From positions 15,686,001-15,750,000 of the forward strand of contig CM074522.1 in NCBI GenBank assembly GCA_037379345.1: a stretch of DNA of 64,000 nt, in the 5' to 3' direction. The notes beneath the pieces were generated by a model. It was not told where the DNA came from, did no database searches, and saw only the letters and a list, made by a program, of their open reading frames with translations. The number at the start of each line of letters is the position of its first letter. Position 1 is the first letter of the stretch. A program made the translations under genes and the position numbers. The stretch is from Perna viridis (Eukaryota). Of this stretch, positions 26,256-40,700 are shown in pieces.

Positions 26256-29200
26256 GTAGTGTTATTACTTATAAATATGTTACTTTTTGTGAGATTTTAG
26301 ATGAACTTTTAAAAATTAGTGTTTGTTTTTTTTTTTAATACTAATGATACTCCAGACTTGAATCAATGTAAAAAGTTCTGTGTTGTGATTGTTAGATTAT
26401 TGCAGAAATGTCTAAATTCAACCCTTGCTTCAATGATATAGTGCAGGAAAGGAGTTGACAATTTTGCTGCTATAACCTTTTCAACATTTTAAAATCTATT
26501 AAGATGCTTCCAAAGGAAGTTTATTGGTAGAGAATCCTTAAATATTTAAATTAAGATTAGGGATCTGATAAACTATGGGTCTAAAATTATTTCTGCAAGA
26601 CAGGGGTTCAGACTTAATTTCAAGAGTAAACAACCCTGAAGTGTTTTTGGCATCCTAAATGAAAGGTCCACCACAAGAAAGTGAAAGGTCCATATAAAAG
26701 TTTATGTAAAGAATGGTAAGTCCAGCACCAACATGAATGGTGTATCAATGGTCTTACATCAGAAATTAAGGGTTGGGCACCTCTGACCTGACCTAATTTG
26801 AATCTTTGCAATATGGCAGAAAAGGGATTTCTTGTGCTTGAATTAACTCTGCAATTTAATGGTATCACAATGAAACATGTGACAAGTTTTACTAAAATTT
26901 GATCAAACCCATGAACTTGCAGTGTTTAAAGTTTCACCATTCCTATACTATTTTATATGCCAAATCATTAATTTCATGTCGGATATCACCTTTCACCCTT
27001 TTCTCTGCAATAGATAAAGCAATATATGTGGTGTTCTTATCACTCCCATTTGAAATGCACTGTCTGAAGCATAAAAGGAATGGAATCTAACTTAAGTTTA
27101 CAAGAACTGGATCAAGGTGTGATAAATACTGACATAAGAAAAGAGATATTATATATTAAGGTGATTGTTGATTCACTTTTTGTCTTTTGTAGAAAGTTAT
27201 GCCTTGTTTCCATGTAAACATTGACCAATTCAGAGTATTTTTATCTCTAAATACAGAGCTGTACGTCATTGCACTTTAGGTGGCATTTCGGATCATCTCA
27301 CACTACAAGTTAAAAACAAAATAAAATGAAAATACAAATACTGCTGTTAATTAAGGCTAGGTTATGTTTCTTGAAAGTAAGTTTTTCATTTTGAAATTTT
27401 TCTTATATGAGAGAGGAGGTTTTATATCCTTCCCGAAGAAACTTACCGGAAAATTTCTTAAAAAAGCTGCATATTCTGATGTTGAGTATGCCACTTGGAG
27501 AACGAATAAAATGGTTATGCCCCTTGTTTTAATAAAAATTGTAATTTAAACTGAAAATAATCACTCAAAATTTGAGTCAGAGTTGACAGAATTTTTGAAA
27601 TAACCTTGAAAAAGAGAAACTTGACCTGTCCCAGTAATCTCCTTCCAGCCCAAGTGTTAGTGAATTATGGCCAAGGATGGTTAAGGATTCCAATAAATTC
27701 TATTCAGAAAACCTCTCTTTAATTGTAGATCATGAAAAAAATAAGATAGCGTGGGAATTGGATTGGGTTTTCTATGATATCCACAGCTACATAACAACCA
27801 AATGATTTATGAATTTATTGTTTATGATGTAATCTTATGAACATGAACCATACAGTAAATATGTGATAATTTAGTTAGAAAAGCCAGGAGGCACGATTGG
27901 AAATAAAAAATAAGAATCTCCAATATCTATGGATGTTTCAGTAACAGAGAGAGCTGGAATGATTTAGCAATTATTTCCAAAGGTCTAAATTAAGGTCTTA
28001 ATTATCGTAATTCAGAAGGGACTTCTGTTGTTAATGGCCAAACTGTTGAATTCCTAGTTATAGTAAGCACTTGAAATTGATTTATATATAATATTGGAAA
28101 AAAAATGTGTGTCAAAATTCTTGATCGTAGTTTTCCCTTGGAGCCATCTTGAATCCAAAAATTCTATTTAGCAATGTTCATGTTAATTTTAGCAGTCTTG
28201 TATCTGATAACCAGATTACAAAAAATGTATTGATAATTTACATTACCCACTCTCCTTCCTCTTTTATGACTTGATTTACATTTTGACCATATACTACAGT
28301 TGGTGTGGGTACATTAGCCGACAGATATCTGGTTGGTAATCATGAAGTGGGATCAAAAATAAATATCTCAAATTTCATCTTTTTTAAAAGAAAACCATGG
28401 GTGGATACAGTCAAATCTGTCTTAATAACAACCTGTACTCAGCAATACCTGGTCTTAAAAGTTTATTATTAAAACATCCCTGTGAAGTGCATTCTGTGAA
28501 AAATTAACCTCCCTATATATATGACCCATGATTTCTCTCTCCTATGAAAGGTTATTCTGTGTTGTCAAACGGTGCAGTTAGACCAATTCTTCATTTTACT
28601 ACCATGTCATTGCCTATGTAATAGTGAAGAGAGAAAAATAACTAAAAACAATGAAAAGTCAAATACTTGTACAAAGAATTTGTCACTTTTATGGTACTAG
28701 GTGTATTGATTTTGTAGAAAGGAAGTGTCATTTTAGGCCAAAGATAATTAGTATAAGGTTAGAAGAATACTTTATTTTGCCAATTTTATTTCCTACAACT
28801 TAGATTATTGAAATAGCTTAGCCTATAACTTTTACATATGTCCTAATTGATGGACAAAATGCTTTTAATTTATATTAATTTTTTTAATTTATAACTGATA
28901 CTAACAAAAAAAACAACATAGAAAAGCCCTAATTTTTTTTGGTTGCCATTAAATTTGAGAGATATCCTTTAAAAGTTCATTATTTTGGTGACGTATTATA
29001 TATTGTATTGCAGAAAAAAACAACGTGCACGAACAACAGATATTTTTTTTCTTTGGCCTTATCAATATCAATATGTAGTTTGGTGTTATATTCCACATAG
29101 GTTATATTGCTAAGGTATTGATTGAGCTGAGGGATTTAGGAGTTTTTGTTCTCATTAATTTTGTCTATATTAGAAGTTTGTGACAAGTTTTGTCTTTCTA

Positions 29201-29871
29201 ATGACATTTGTGTTCCTTCTTGAAAGACAGTTACTTGACCTGTCAGAAGTTTGTATCAGTCTATTCTTATAAGATTTCTATGTGATTAGAATTTAGTGTT
29301 TATGGATTTTGTTTCATGTGTACTTGTGATGTTTATCCCCCTTTCTCTGTAGGAGAGGGGGGTACATGGTATTACCTAAGTCTGTCATACCATAACACAT
29401 TTTTTTCTAATCAATTTTCTCAGCTTCTGTTAATCATGATTATAGTACTTCTTTGTGACAATATATTTTTGCGATTTTTATTGTTTTTGAAATAAGTTCG
29501 TAAAAAGACGTATATTAACAGTATTTAAGTAAGTAGGTCTTGTTCATGTAACAGAAATTTGAATTAGTTAACACCTTTTGATGTACAATATGTTGAGAAT
29601 AGGCTCAGGAATATTCCTCTTATAAGGATTTGCTTGTAGCTAAATTTCTGTTATCAAAATAAATTTAATGCCTGCTAATTTTCACTGTCTGTCAAGTGGA
29701 CACTTTGAAAATTAATATGGAGCAAAAGCTATTACCTTTACATCATTTTAATCTGATGGTTTTTTTTTTTTTTTAACTTTTGTTATGATTGGAATAGTTA
29801 TGTGTTTGCTAATGGGAAATTAAAAAAATGCATTTTCAACATTAAATTTATTCTGTTTTTTTTTCCTACAG

Positions 29872-30005
29872 ATTGACTTTGCCAGTAGAGATTGTCAGAG
29901 TGACTTTTATGAGAAAATGGAAAAATCTGGTCAGTTGAAGCCAGGTCAGAGGTCAAACTACACATATCAGAGACAAAGCAGTGATGGCCAGTGGACTGAA
30001 AGGGG
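29872..30005 (+). CDS. SPEN: SPEN exon I, end of RRM4 and following helix (IDFASRDCQSDFYEKMEKSGQ...)
   Basis: Long pyrimidine tract plus cctacag acceptor, donor GG|gtaaat; the DFA..CQ..FY..MEKSG segment follows RRM4 as expected for SPEN. Confidence 0.92.
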
Positions 30006-30755
30006 GTAAATATATATTATATTACAATAATTAAATTATTTGTGATGGAAAAATAACCCATGCAAGGACTTTAGGTAAATTAAAATTTGAAATCATTTGT
30101 CAAAACTTATTTCAAGCAATAGAAAAAAAAAGAAGAAAAAACAGATATGGTGCAAGCAAGTCAGTCATAATGTAGTAACATACAGATTACTGATGTATTA
30201 TGAAGCAGGGATGATTTTTTATCTGATTTTTAGTGGAATTCCGCTAATTTAAATCCCAATTTTACTGTTATGATTTTTTTTTTACTGTTCATTTTTCAAT
30301 TTTACCAATTTCTGCTTTGTTTGATGACATCGTAATATCATCTCTGATGAAAACACAACACCATTAAAAAATTTTCAAAAACAATATAAAATGAAATGAT
30401 AGTATTGGATTTCAAGAAAAAAAATGTTAGTGAATCTTTTTAAAAACAGAAAATGACGTTACGATGCTATGCATCATTACTGGCAACCATTTTTGCACCT
30501 CATGTGAAATCCACTACAGGTGCTTAATAAATGTAAAGAAGTAAAGAGGTTTTAAGATGTAGTATTTTAAGGCTGAGGTGTACATTTTTTGCATAATGAA
30601 TTTAAATGCACAGGAAAATTACAAAAAATGGTATCCATGAAAAAAAAGTTTATTTGCAATAGTTTATTTGAGAAACTTGATTAACTATTTGTTTTTCGTA
30701 CTATTGAAAACTTATTTTGTATAGACATGCATGAAGATCTATGTTTTATTTACAG

Positions 30756-30887
30756 GGGACGTGGAAAGTTTCCTTATGCCCGTGGAACCAGAGGCTTTGT
30801 ACGGGGTAGTCGCAGTCAGCGTTATGTTGCTGGTGGTGGGCGTGGTTACAGCAAAGAGTATACATCTGAGGAATATAGAAGGCAAAG
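30756..30887 (+). CDS. SPEN: SPEN exon J, RG/RGG-like low-complexity exon (GRGKFPYARGTRGFVRGSRSQRYVAGGGRGYS...)
   Basis: Acceptor tttacag, donor AG|gtaaga; 132 nt, phase 2-2, open in frame. Confidence 0.85.
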
Positions 30888-31759
30888 GTAAGATCGATTA
30901 CTGTTAGAGTATTAGTTATAGTAGTGTACTCATTTTCGTTATTTTTCCAGTGAATCTAAAATCACAAAAAAAAAAAAAGAAACAACCATGGAATTGACTT
31001 TTTAACACTATGATAACACTTTTTTTGAAACTCTGAAAATTGATACCTTTCAGTGTTCTAGGATTTTTCAGAAATTGAGGTTTCCCCAGGAAAAATCCAT
31101 ATAAAACCAACTTTCCCGCAGTCAGTGACTGCTTTCCTTACAAAACAAATCGTTACAGCATATGAAGTTTTCAACTTCCCACAGGAAACTGTACCTAACT
31201 TTCCCTGGGTAACGGGAAATAGGAATCCTGGAACACTGCCTTTGAATATTTTCAGTTTGAAGAATACGCCCAAATTAATACATTGTTAGTAAGCTATCTT
31301 TGTTATCATTGGTGTTGATTGGAATTTCGTAATTAAAGAAACACAGAGTCATAATATTTTCCACTTTTTATCAGAATTTTGTTTTTTCAAATCCAGATTT
31401 TACCATATCATTTCATTCTTTTTTTTTACTGTATGTATACTACCAATTTCTGCTTTTTAATTGGTTTTGCGAAATCATATCTGAATGAAAAATAAAGCTG
31501 AAGTAGTAACAAAATAAAATAGCTTGAAATAAAATAAGGATCGAAGGTGGAATAAATGCAAAAAGAAATATGTGATGTGCGTCTAAATTTCAGAATGATT
31601 GAATTATCTTTTTTAAAGATGCATGTTTGCATTAATTATCATCATTTATATGCCTACTGAACTATAAGGTTAAGCACAATACAGGAGACTGTTCACTGTA
31701 TAAAGAGTTTATTGATAGTAAGGACATACTTATTTCTTAGTGTTTATATTTCATTTTAG

Positions 31760-34700
31760 GTCATATGATGAATACAGTCAAGGAGGTGGAACCCCATACA
31801 GTGAAGGTGACTTTGAATCAGACCTACATGCTTATCGTACACAGCGGGAACGACAACGCAGCTGTAGTCCAGATCAGTATAGTGATGATGTGTACAGTGA
31901 ATCGTATCGTGAATATAAAGCAGCACGCTATGCTGAATACCCAGCTGGAAGTCCTGGAAGTGAGCCTGAGGATGGGTATTACGAACCTAGGGATAAAATG
32001 TACTACAAAGAACGCTATGTAGCAGGTTCAAGGGAAGCAAGTCCCGAGGAAACTTTTCCAAGTCGTAGAAGTTGGAGTCATTCACCATCACGGAGTCGTG
32101 TGAAGGATCCAGAAAGAAATACACCACCAACTCCTCTTGGTGGTGAGGACACTCAGGATTTCTCTTCACAGGAACATAGTCCGTCAGAAATGGATGGAAC
32201 ATATAGTGACTATAAACGTTCAGGAAAAGATGACTTTGATATCACTGAGGAGGATATTAAGGAATTACGAACTTCTAAACATAGTGCTCATAGAAAGGAA
32301 GCTTTGAATCGATCAGAGGAACGGTATGCTAGGAAACGTTCTTATGAAGATTCATTTACTCGAGACTCTATATCAAAGGAGGATGCTAATGTTCGTAAAA
32401 TAGACAGACAATTATCTCATGGGAGCTTATCAGACTCTAAAAGGGAATTATTTAATAGAATGAAAAAGTTACAAACTGAAGGTGTCAAAAGTGAAGGTCA
32501 GTTAAGCTCTGGAAGTAGTGATTCTGGGTCATTAACAGGAGGTGATTTGTCAAAGTTGAAACATGAGCGACAAATGTTGTTGGAAAAAATTAAACAGTGT
32601 GAAGACACAAACAATAGTGATGCTGATAATTTGGATTTAGAACATTTGAAAAAATCTAAACGATCGAGGCTAGATCCTTGGTCAAAAGGTCAAGGGTCTC
32701 AAAGGTTACAAAGTGAACTAGGAAATGTGACTCTAGGAGCTAAAAAGGACAAAACTTACGATGTGTCACAAAGTTATCGTAAACAAATGGAAGCTTTGAG
32801 AAAAAATGAAGAAAGAACTGTGAAAGAGGACTCTGTGAAATCTAAGAAAAATGACATTTTTGGTTACGAGGAACAAGACAAGGATGATTTATTACCACAA
32901 GGACTTGTGTCACCAAAGGACTTACCCCTTGGATTTGTTAAAAAACGTCGGAAGACAGATCTTTCTGAGGACATTAAAAGCCGTACCTATAGACACAAAC
33001 GTGAGAATGAGGACGAACGTATGTCTAGTGATAACGATGAAAGTGCTAAAACAGTGTTACGAACTGATTCCGTTGGATCTATGGGAAGTATACGGCATCT
33101 ATCTAGTGCACATTCTTCACCACGGACACCAATTGCAGGGCATCTGTCTCTAGAAAACTTGGAACATAAACTAAGTGAATCAGAACAATCTAACCCTGAA
33201 TCAGGGTCATTGACGTTTAAGAAAATTGATTCTAGTAAGAGAAGGAGTAAAGATGATTTACATTCTAGTCCTTTGATAATTCCGTTAGGAGAAGATGTAT
33301 TAGTGACTGATTTACATGATCCTCGCGTGCCAAAGGATAGTCATGAAGAAGAAATTAGTCTTCCATTACCTAAATTTGCAGAATATACTCCACCGATAAA
33401 ATTCAATTCACCACGTTCAGACAATTCTGGAAATGTAAAGGAAGATTCACCATGTTTTTCACCACCGAGTAGTGGAAGTAAGAATGAATCACCGCACTCG
33501 TCACCGAATGATACTATTTCCGAAGGATCTGGATCTCAAACTAACAGTAACCCAGAACAAGCTTACATACCACCAGAAGATACGTCAAATAATTCTAATG
33601 AACCAACTTTAGAGCCTCCCGAGGATAATGCTGAAATGGAAGTGAATAAAAATCCTCAAGATGGAGAAGTTGATGATGTGTTATCTGATAGTAGTGAACA
33701 TGATGACTTTTCACTTGCTGAACGTATTCGACAACTAGATGAAAAACTTAAACAGCTTCCAACAACCCAATCTTCTAAATTAGTAACAGATAACATTCCC
33801 GGTGCTAGTTCTATAGGCATTGGAATAACTTCTACTGCAACTCCACCAAGTAACATTTATAAATCTAAATATAAGATTAAAAAGAAACAAGATTCTATTG
33901 GCATTATGCCTGAAGAGACTGAAAAGGGTGAAAAACCTTCATCTGAAATTGTGAAAACTATGTTGAGTAGGAGTAGCATATTTGATCTGGATTCTAAGAG
34001 ACTAGAACAAATTAATGAGAAGTATTCTCCAAATGTTAAATCGGTTGTGTCAGGTTCTGAAGACTTGTCCAAAAATATGACATTACGGACTAAGGCTGAG
34101 GCTAAAGAAATGCCTCTGTCAACCTTACCAGGTTCCTTGGCAGGACGATTAGGGAATGGTGGATCATCATTCCCTACATTGTCTATAAATACTCAACCTT
34201 TAAATGTGAAAGTGGACGATAAGAATTCACCGCCGCTATCTCAGGAACAAAAAGCTGCTGACATGTGTTCATTCAATAATGACAATAGGATTTATAACGT
34301 AACTGATCGAATGGATTTATCTAATTCTGTTACATCTAATTATTCACCTAGGTTTAATTCAATAGACAATGGCTTAAATAAAATGAACTCCTCTACAAGA
34401 ACAATTGCTGAATCTGTAATCGAATCTACTGAAAAATCAGACAGTCATTTGGTAGGTGATTCTGCCATAAAATCAGATCCTCGGTTAAATTCCAAAAATA
34501 CAGTTTACAAATTGGACAAAACTGCTGATGAAAATATGGATTTAAATAATAGAAAACTGGACAATTGCTTAGAAAATAAACTTCGGCATCCTTCACCAAA
34601 ATTGACTGAAAATTCTAAAAGTGATGTTTTGGATCTTAATCATGGTAACACTTCAGGGAATAAAGTAATAAAGAGTGATTCAACTACCGAAAATATGGAT

Positions 34701-37700
34701 ACTTCTGCCCCAGTGTCGCTAGGGAAACGTAAATCTGAATTAAATTTGAAGAAGGATAAAGTGAAATCTATAGACAATAATTCTCCTACTGATTCTGAGA
34801 AGGATTTACTCAAGTCAAATGTTAAAAGTGGTTCTGAAAGTCCAGACACTAAAAAAGCTAAATTGTCGACTCCTGAAAAAGAGAAATCTGATAAATCTGA
34901 AACTGACTCTCCCACGCATAGTGATAGTGCTAAAACTGACAAAATGAAAAAAGACGGTGAGAAGAAAACTAAAGAGAGTAAGAAGAAGGAAAAATCAGAA
35001 TGTGATTCAATGAATAAGGACAAAGGATTTAATGATAGGAAAGACAAAGATCATGATGGTGACAAGGGAAAAAGTTCGGGAAAAGCGAGTGATAGTGATA
35101 ATAAAGTTGATGAAAAATTGGGGAAAGTGTCACCTGATGTTTTGAAGAAAGATTTGTCAGCCAGTAAACCAGAGAATGAAAAACCTGAACCACAAACTCC
35201 TTCTAAGAAAGATAATGATAAGAAAACTGAGCACTCTTCTTCAAAGAAGGAGAAGAAATCTGATAGTTCTAAAAATAAATCTGAGAGCAAGTCTGATAGC
35301 TCTCATAAAAAAGACAGTAAGGGTTCTAGTGAAAATAAAGTGAAAGATAAGTCAAAATCTAGTCATAAAACTAAAGAATCTAGTAAAAACAAAGATGATA
35401 AAACAGGAACTAGAGATGGGAAGTCAGCATCATCAAAGGTCACAAAGACAGGTTCAACTGAGAAGGTTGATCAGTCTAAAAATTCTGATGGGAAAGATCC
35501 AAAATCTTCAGAAAGTGGCGAGAAGAAAGAGGCTGAAAGTAAAACTGCTGAAAAGACCCATGATGTTTCAAAAGAATCGACTAGTGACTCAACTAAAGAG
35601 AAATCAGCTGAAACCACCAAGAAGAGCAGCTCATCAAGCAGTGAGAAGACAAAGTCAGGTGTTGATAAGTCAAAGTCAGATGGCTCTAAGGGCACTGATA
35701 CCAAACACAAGAAGAAACCAGAGAGCTCAGATCAACGCAAGAGCAAGACTGAAAGTTCTAAAAAAGATAAACTCACTGACAAGACAAAGCACTCAAAACC
35801 TAAAGAAAAATTAGCAGAGTCAAGTAAAGCCAAAGAGAAGATGGCTGATTCCAAGCCCACTTCAACTGAGAAAATAGCTGAGACTGAGGGTAATGAAATG
35901 AAAAGCCTTGAAGGTGTAGAAAAGACCAAATCAACAGATGATTCTACCAAGGTGAAAGAGAAATCAGATAATGGGAAACAAAAAGACAAGTCTGGAAATG
36001 GAAACTCCCAGAATTCCAAGGAGAAGTCTGAATATGAGAAATCCAAGTCAAGTGATACTGCTGTTAAGTCCAAGACAAAGCACTCTGACGGCAACCACAG
36101 CAAATCCAAGGTAAAGGAGGAGAAACTCAAGTCATCCTCACTTCATGGTGATAAGACCAAAGATAAATCCCACAAAGATTCTGGGAAAAAGGATGATGAC
36201 CAATCGAAGGCTGAGTCTAAAAAGGAGAACAATGGGGAAAACAAGAGCTCCAATGCAAACTCGAGCTCGACCTCTAGTTCAAATACAAATTCCAGTAAGC
36301 AGCCTTCAGAAACCAGTAATGCATCTGAAAAGAAAGAATCCAATTCCAATGGCAGTGAAAGCAAATCTGACTCGAAGAGTGAGAATAAATCTGAAAACAA
36401 GAATGACTCAAAAAGCGAAGGTTCATCTGGCAACACTGATTCCATTGTAAAGAAGTCAGACATGAAGAAAGATTCCTCCAAATCATCAAGTAAGACCAGC
36501 AGTAAAAAATCAACCAAATCAGAAAGTAGGTCAAGTGAGAAGAAAAAGAAAGATAAAGATAGAGAGGCGAAAAAGGAAGACAAAACATCACCGAAAGAAA
36601 AAGAGTCAAAAAAGCAACAACAACCCAAGAAAGAGGTTGAATTTGATTGGTCAGCTTGGATGGATGAACCTTACACATCAATGTATGATAGAGTCAAGAG
36701 GAAGTCAAGTGAGAAGGATAAAGAACGGGAAATGCAGGTTATGCAGAAGAAGTTTACTACCTTGTCAAAAAGTCGAGGCAACAAGAAACACTCTAAGTTC
36801 TCTGACTCGGATGATTCAGACTTCAGCCATGATAGTGCAGAGGAAACTGATGCATTTGAAGAAGAGAAGGTTGCCAAGCCAAGTAAAGAGGTATCATCAA
36901 CTCATGACTCTGCTCACAAAAGGAAGAGGTGTGTAATTGATACCTCCACCTCATCTGATGATGATGACAGTCAATTTTACAAGTCATTCCATAAAAATGC
37001 ATTTGGTACAAAAGATAAAGACAAGAGTAATGGGAAAACGAATAAGCACTCTGTCAATGACATCTACTCTTCAGACTCCTCTGAGACAGACATTGACTTC
37101 CCACCAATATCGCCGGCCAAGAAAAAGACAAAGAAGACCAAGAAAACAAAGAAGCCTGTTATTAACCATGATAGCGATAGCGAGGATGAACACACAAAGG
37201 AGAAACAACAGAAGAGAAAAGCAGTAACAACAAAACCTAAGTCCAAAAACACCCCCAAGAAGAAGTCAGAGGCAAAAACACCACAAACTGTCATTACTAC
37301 TGACACTCATGAGTCTGACTTGTATGATATTGACAGTGATATGGATCGGTTTGACAGGATCAAACTGAAAAACCAGAAGAAACTAACTCAGCAGAGAACA
37401 CCAAAACGAGGTGGAAGGTTAGAAACAACAACTGATGATTCTGATGTGAATTTCTCACCATCCAGGAAAAGCTTGCCAATTAAGAAGGAGGCTAAGCCTG
37501 TCAAGAAAAACATTTTGACTGATCCTCTGTTTGATATTGACTCAGACTCTAGTTTCCCTGACCTATCTCCTGTCAAGAATTCTATCGTTAAGAAGAATCA
37601 CACAGTAGAGACCAAGAAGCCAACTGTTACTGTTGGAACAGGTGTCATTGCCCAAACTATCCGAAATGAGGATCTTGGAGAAAAACGAGATGAAGGTAGG

Positions 37701-40700
37701 AAAAAGGACAAGGTCAAGAAGAAGCCAAAGAAATCAGAGTTGAAGTCTGACACTGAGAAGAAAGGAGATGGCTCTTCCAAAAGTCTGTTCAATAAGGTTG
37801 AGAACTTTGTCCTGGAGCCTAAAGATAAAGCAGCTAAACATAGCAAGAAGGAGGGTAAATCTTCTAAAGATCTGGACTATTTGGACGAGGAAGAGATCAG
37901 TCAGGCCGAGAAGTTGGTCAACAACATGAGCAAGTTAGAGAAACCATCGAAGCCTGAGTCTACAAAACTAAACAAGAGCACAAAACATGACAGTGAGAAG
38001 TCCAGTAATAAAGGAAAGAGTCCTAAATTTGAACCCACCTTCTCCAGTGAAGCAGAAACCGACAAGGATGTAAAGGGCACTTCTACTTTGACTAATCATG
38101 TGACCAAATCGACTAATAATCACAAGAAGGAAGTCGAAGAGAAGAAACCAGAAGATACCAAGACCAAGACCAGTAAACCTAAAAAGAAGAAAGATAGTAG
38201 TGCTTCCATTGAGAAGATTGTTAATGATATTGTTGACAAGAAAGACATTACAGAAGCTAATAAGAAGCTGAACAATAAAATGGAGGCTCATGATATTCAA
38301 ACAAAGAAGAAGTCTAATAAGACTGAAATGGAAGAAGTGGTTGTTAAGAAACCTACCAGCAAGCTTGACATGGACGATTGCTTCATGAAGAAACACACAA
38401 ATAGGACAGAAAAGGAAGAGGCTTACAAACTAGGCTTTGGATTTTTCAATGATTTCCCAATTCTTGAAGATTCCAAATTAGATGAGATCAACAAAAAGAA
38501 TGATAAAAAGAAGAAGAAAGAAAAAGAAGAAGAGAGTAAGCCAACAAAGAAAGAACCCATAAAACAAGAAGTGAGGACACCTAAAAAGAAGGACAAGAAA
38601 AAGAAAGATGAGTTTGTAATAAAGGAAAATGGACCTAAGCTTGAAGACCTTGTTGGAAAACTAACAAGTGTTGCTCACAACTCTGATGTGTTTGACTTCC
38701 AAGATGAGGAAGATGACAACAAACCATTGTTTGCCGATTTCTTCAAGAAGAAGGAAGAATTGAATAAAATTGCTGGTGGAAAGAAGGGGGATGGTAAAAA
38801 TTCAGAGAAGCGGCTTTCATCTGAAGAGAAGTCTGATGATGCAAGCTCTGAATCTCATGAAGAGAATGAAGAAGGTCATAAAGGAGGACACAAAGGCAAG
38901 GTTGAGAAACCAAAATGTGAAGACAAGAAGATTGATACTGACAAGCCAGAAGATTCCATCAAGAACAGCTTTTTCAGTCCAACATCTGACAGTAAATTGG
39001 AGGATCCAAGTATCTCAAGCATGTTTAGTCCAAAACATGTTAAAGAGGCATGTAAAGATGAGACCAAGAATATCTTGGCTTTTGCAAGTCCAAAAGGCAT
39101 TGACATGATAAAGTCTGATGATGAAGGTTCTAAAACTGGTCTTCTAAGTCCAAGCAAGATGGACTTGCTGATTCCTAAGGATAGATTTAAGAAAGACATC
39201 ATTGTAGGACATGCTGAAGTAGAACTTAAAGGTCCTGATATTAAATCAAAAGCTGACGAGAAATTGGACGGAGTGATGAAAGGCAATGAAAAGAAAGTAG
39301 AAGTCTTTGATGACAAGACCAAACCAAAACTTGACCAGAAAGAAACCCAGATAAATGACAAGAAGAAAGACGACAAACAAGAAAAACCTGAAGTACCTGA
39401 GAAATCAAGAGAAGAAATTGTTGAAGAGGCTGTCTCAGCGCTGCAGAAAATATCTGAGCATTCCACTCCTAAGGCTCAAGAAGGTGATACATACTCAGAA
39501 GGGGATCTTGTCATTGATGAAACCAATGTTGCTGTTGAGACGGTTACTGAAGAACCTGTCCTTGCAGAGCAGGCTCAGAATGAAACGGATCTTGCTATTT
39601 TGTCTATCCTTCCCATGGATGGAGACAGTCATCAGTACACTGAGCCTATCCAGGAACAGTCAGCTGTTGTACAAGCATCTGAACAAGCCCCTGATCAACA
39701 GGAGAATGTAGTGATAGATTCAGACCAGATCACAGTAGATACCAATCCATTGGATTCTAGTTTGGGGGAGAATGATTTGGTCATTGACACATCAGCTCCA
39801 TCAGACAATGAAACACCAAAGGAGGAAGTAGTTGTACCCCTACCTGTGGAAAAACCAGTAGAACAGAAAGAGAAACAACCTAAAGGCAGGAGAAATCAGA
39901 AGGCAAAGGACCAGGCTGATGCAAATGTTCAGAAAGAGGCTAAAAGTACCGAGGTCAAAGATAAGCAGGCTTTTAACTCTCATCCTGAGGTTCAACCTGG
40001 ACTTTCTCAACCAGTTGTTCAACAAGGCTTCATGTATGGACAAGTGACTGATCCAAAACAGGCAATAGGCAAGATTGTCCAAGACAGTCAGAAGAATGAA
40101 CCGTACAAGAAGACCAGAAAGCAGAAGGCTGCTTCCAAGGCTAACCATCAGGTAGAGGTTCCTGGGACATTTTATCCACCAGTGTACAATTCCATCGATC
40201 ACGGTGGTAGTATGGTGAACAATATACAGGGAGGAGATGCCAGTGAGAAGGAAAATGAAGAGAAGATGGCTCAGCCTTACAACTCTGACGTAGACAAACA
40301 TGAAGACCTGGACAATCTTCGTATCTCTGGAGATGAGGGAAGCAACAGTGCTGACAAGAGGACGAGAAGAGGGCGCAAACAGCAGAACTACAAGGAGCTG
40401 AATTCTGGAGTTCATGGTAGAAACACTTCACCTAGGTCAAGGTCATCACCTAGGTCACCAAGAACTGGTATGTCACCGAGACAGGCTCTATCACCGCTGA
40501 GTTCACCAAAGTCTGACCTTTCATCAGCTCCATTTGTGAAGATAGAACGTCTGCCATTTGGATGTAATAAGAACATTAGAAATGATGGAGAACTATCAAA
40601 TGAGGCATTAGAAGGCAAGATAGCTGAAACTGTTGAGAACTTAGCTGAACAACACAATCTGGCTAACACCAAGAAACTGGTAGAAGATCTAGTAAAACCA

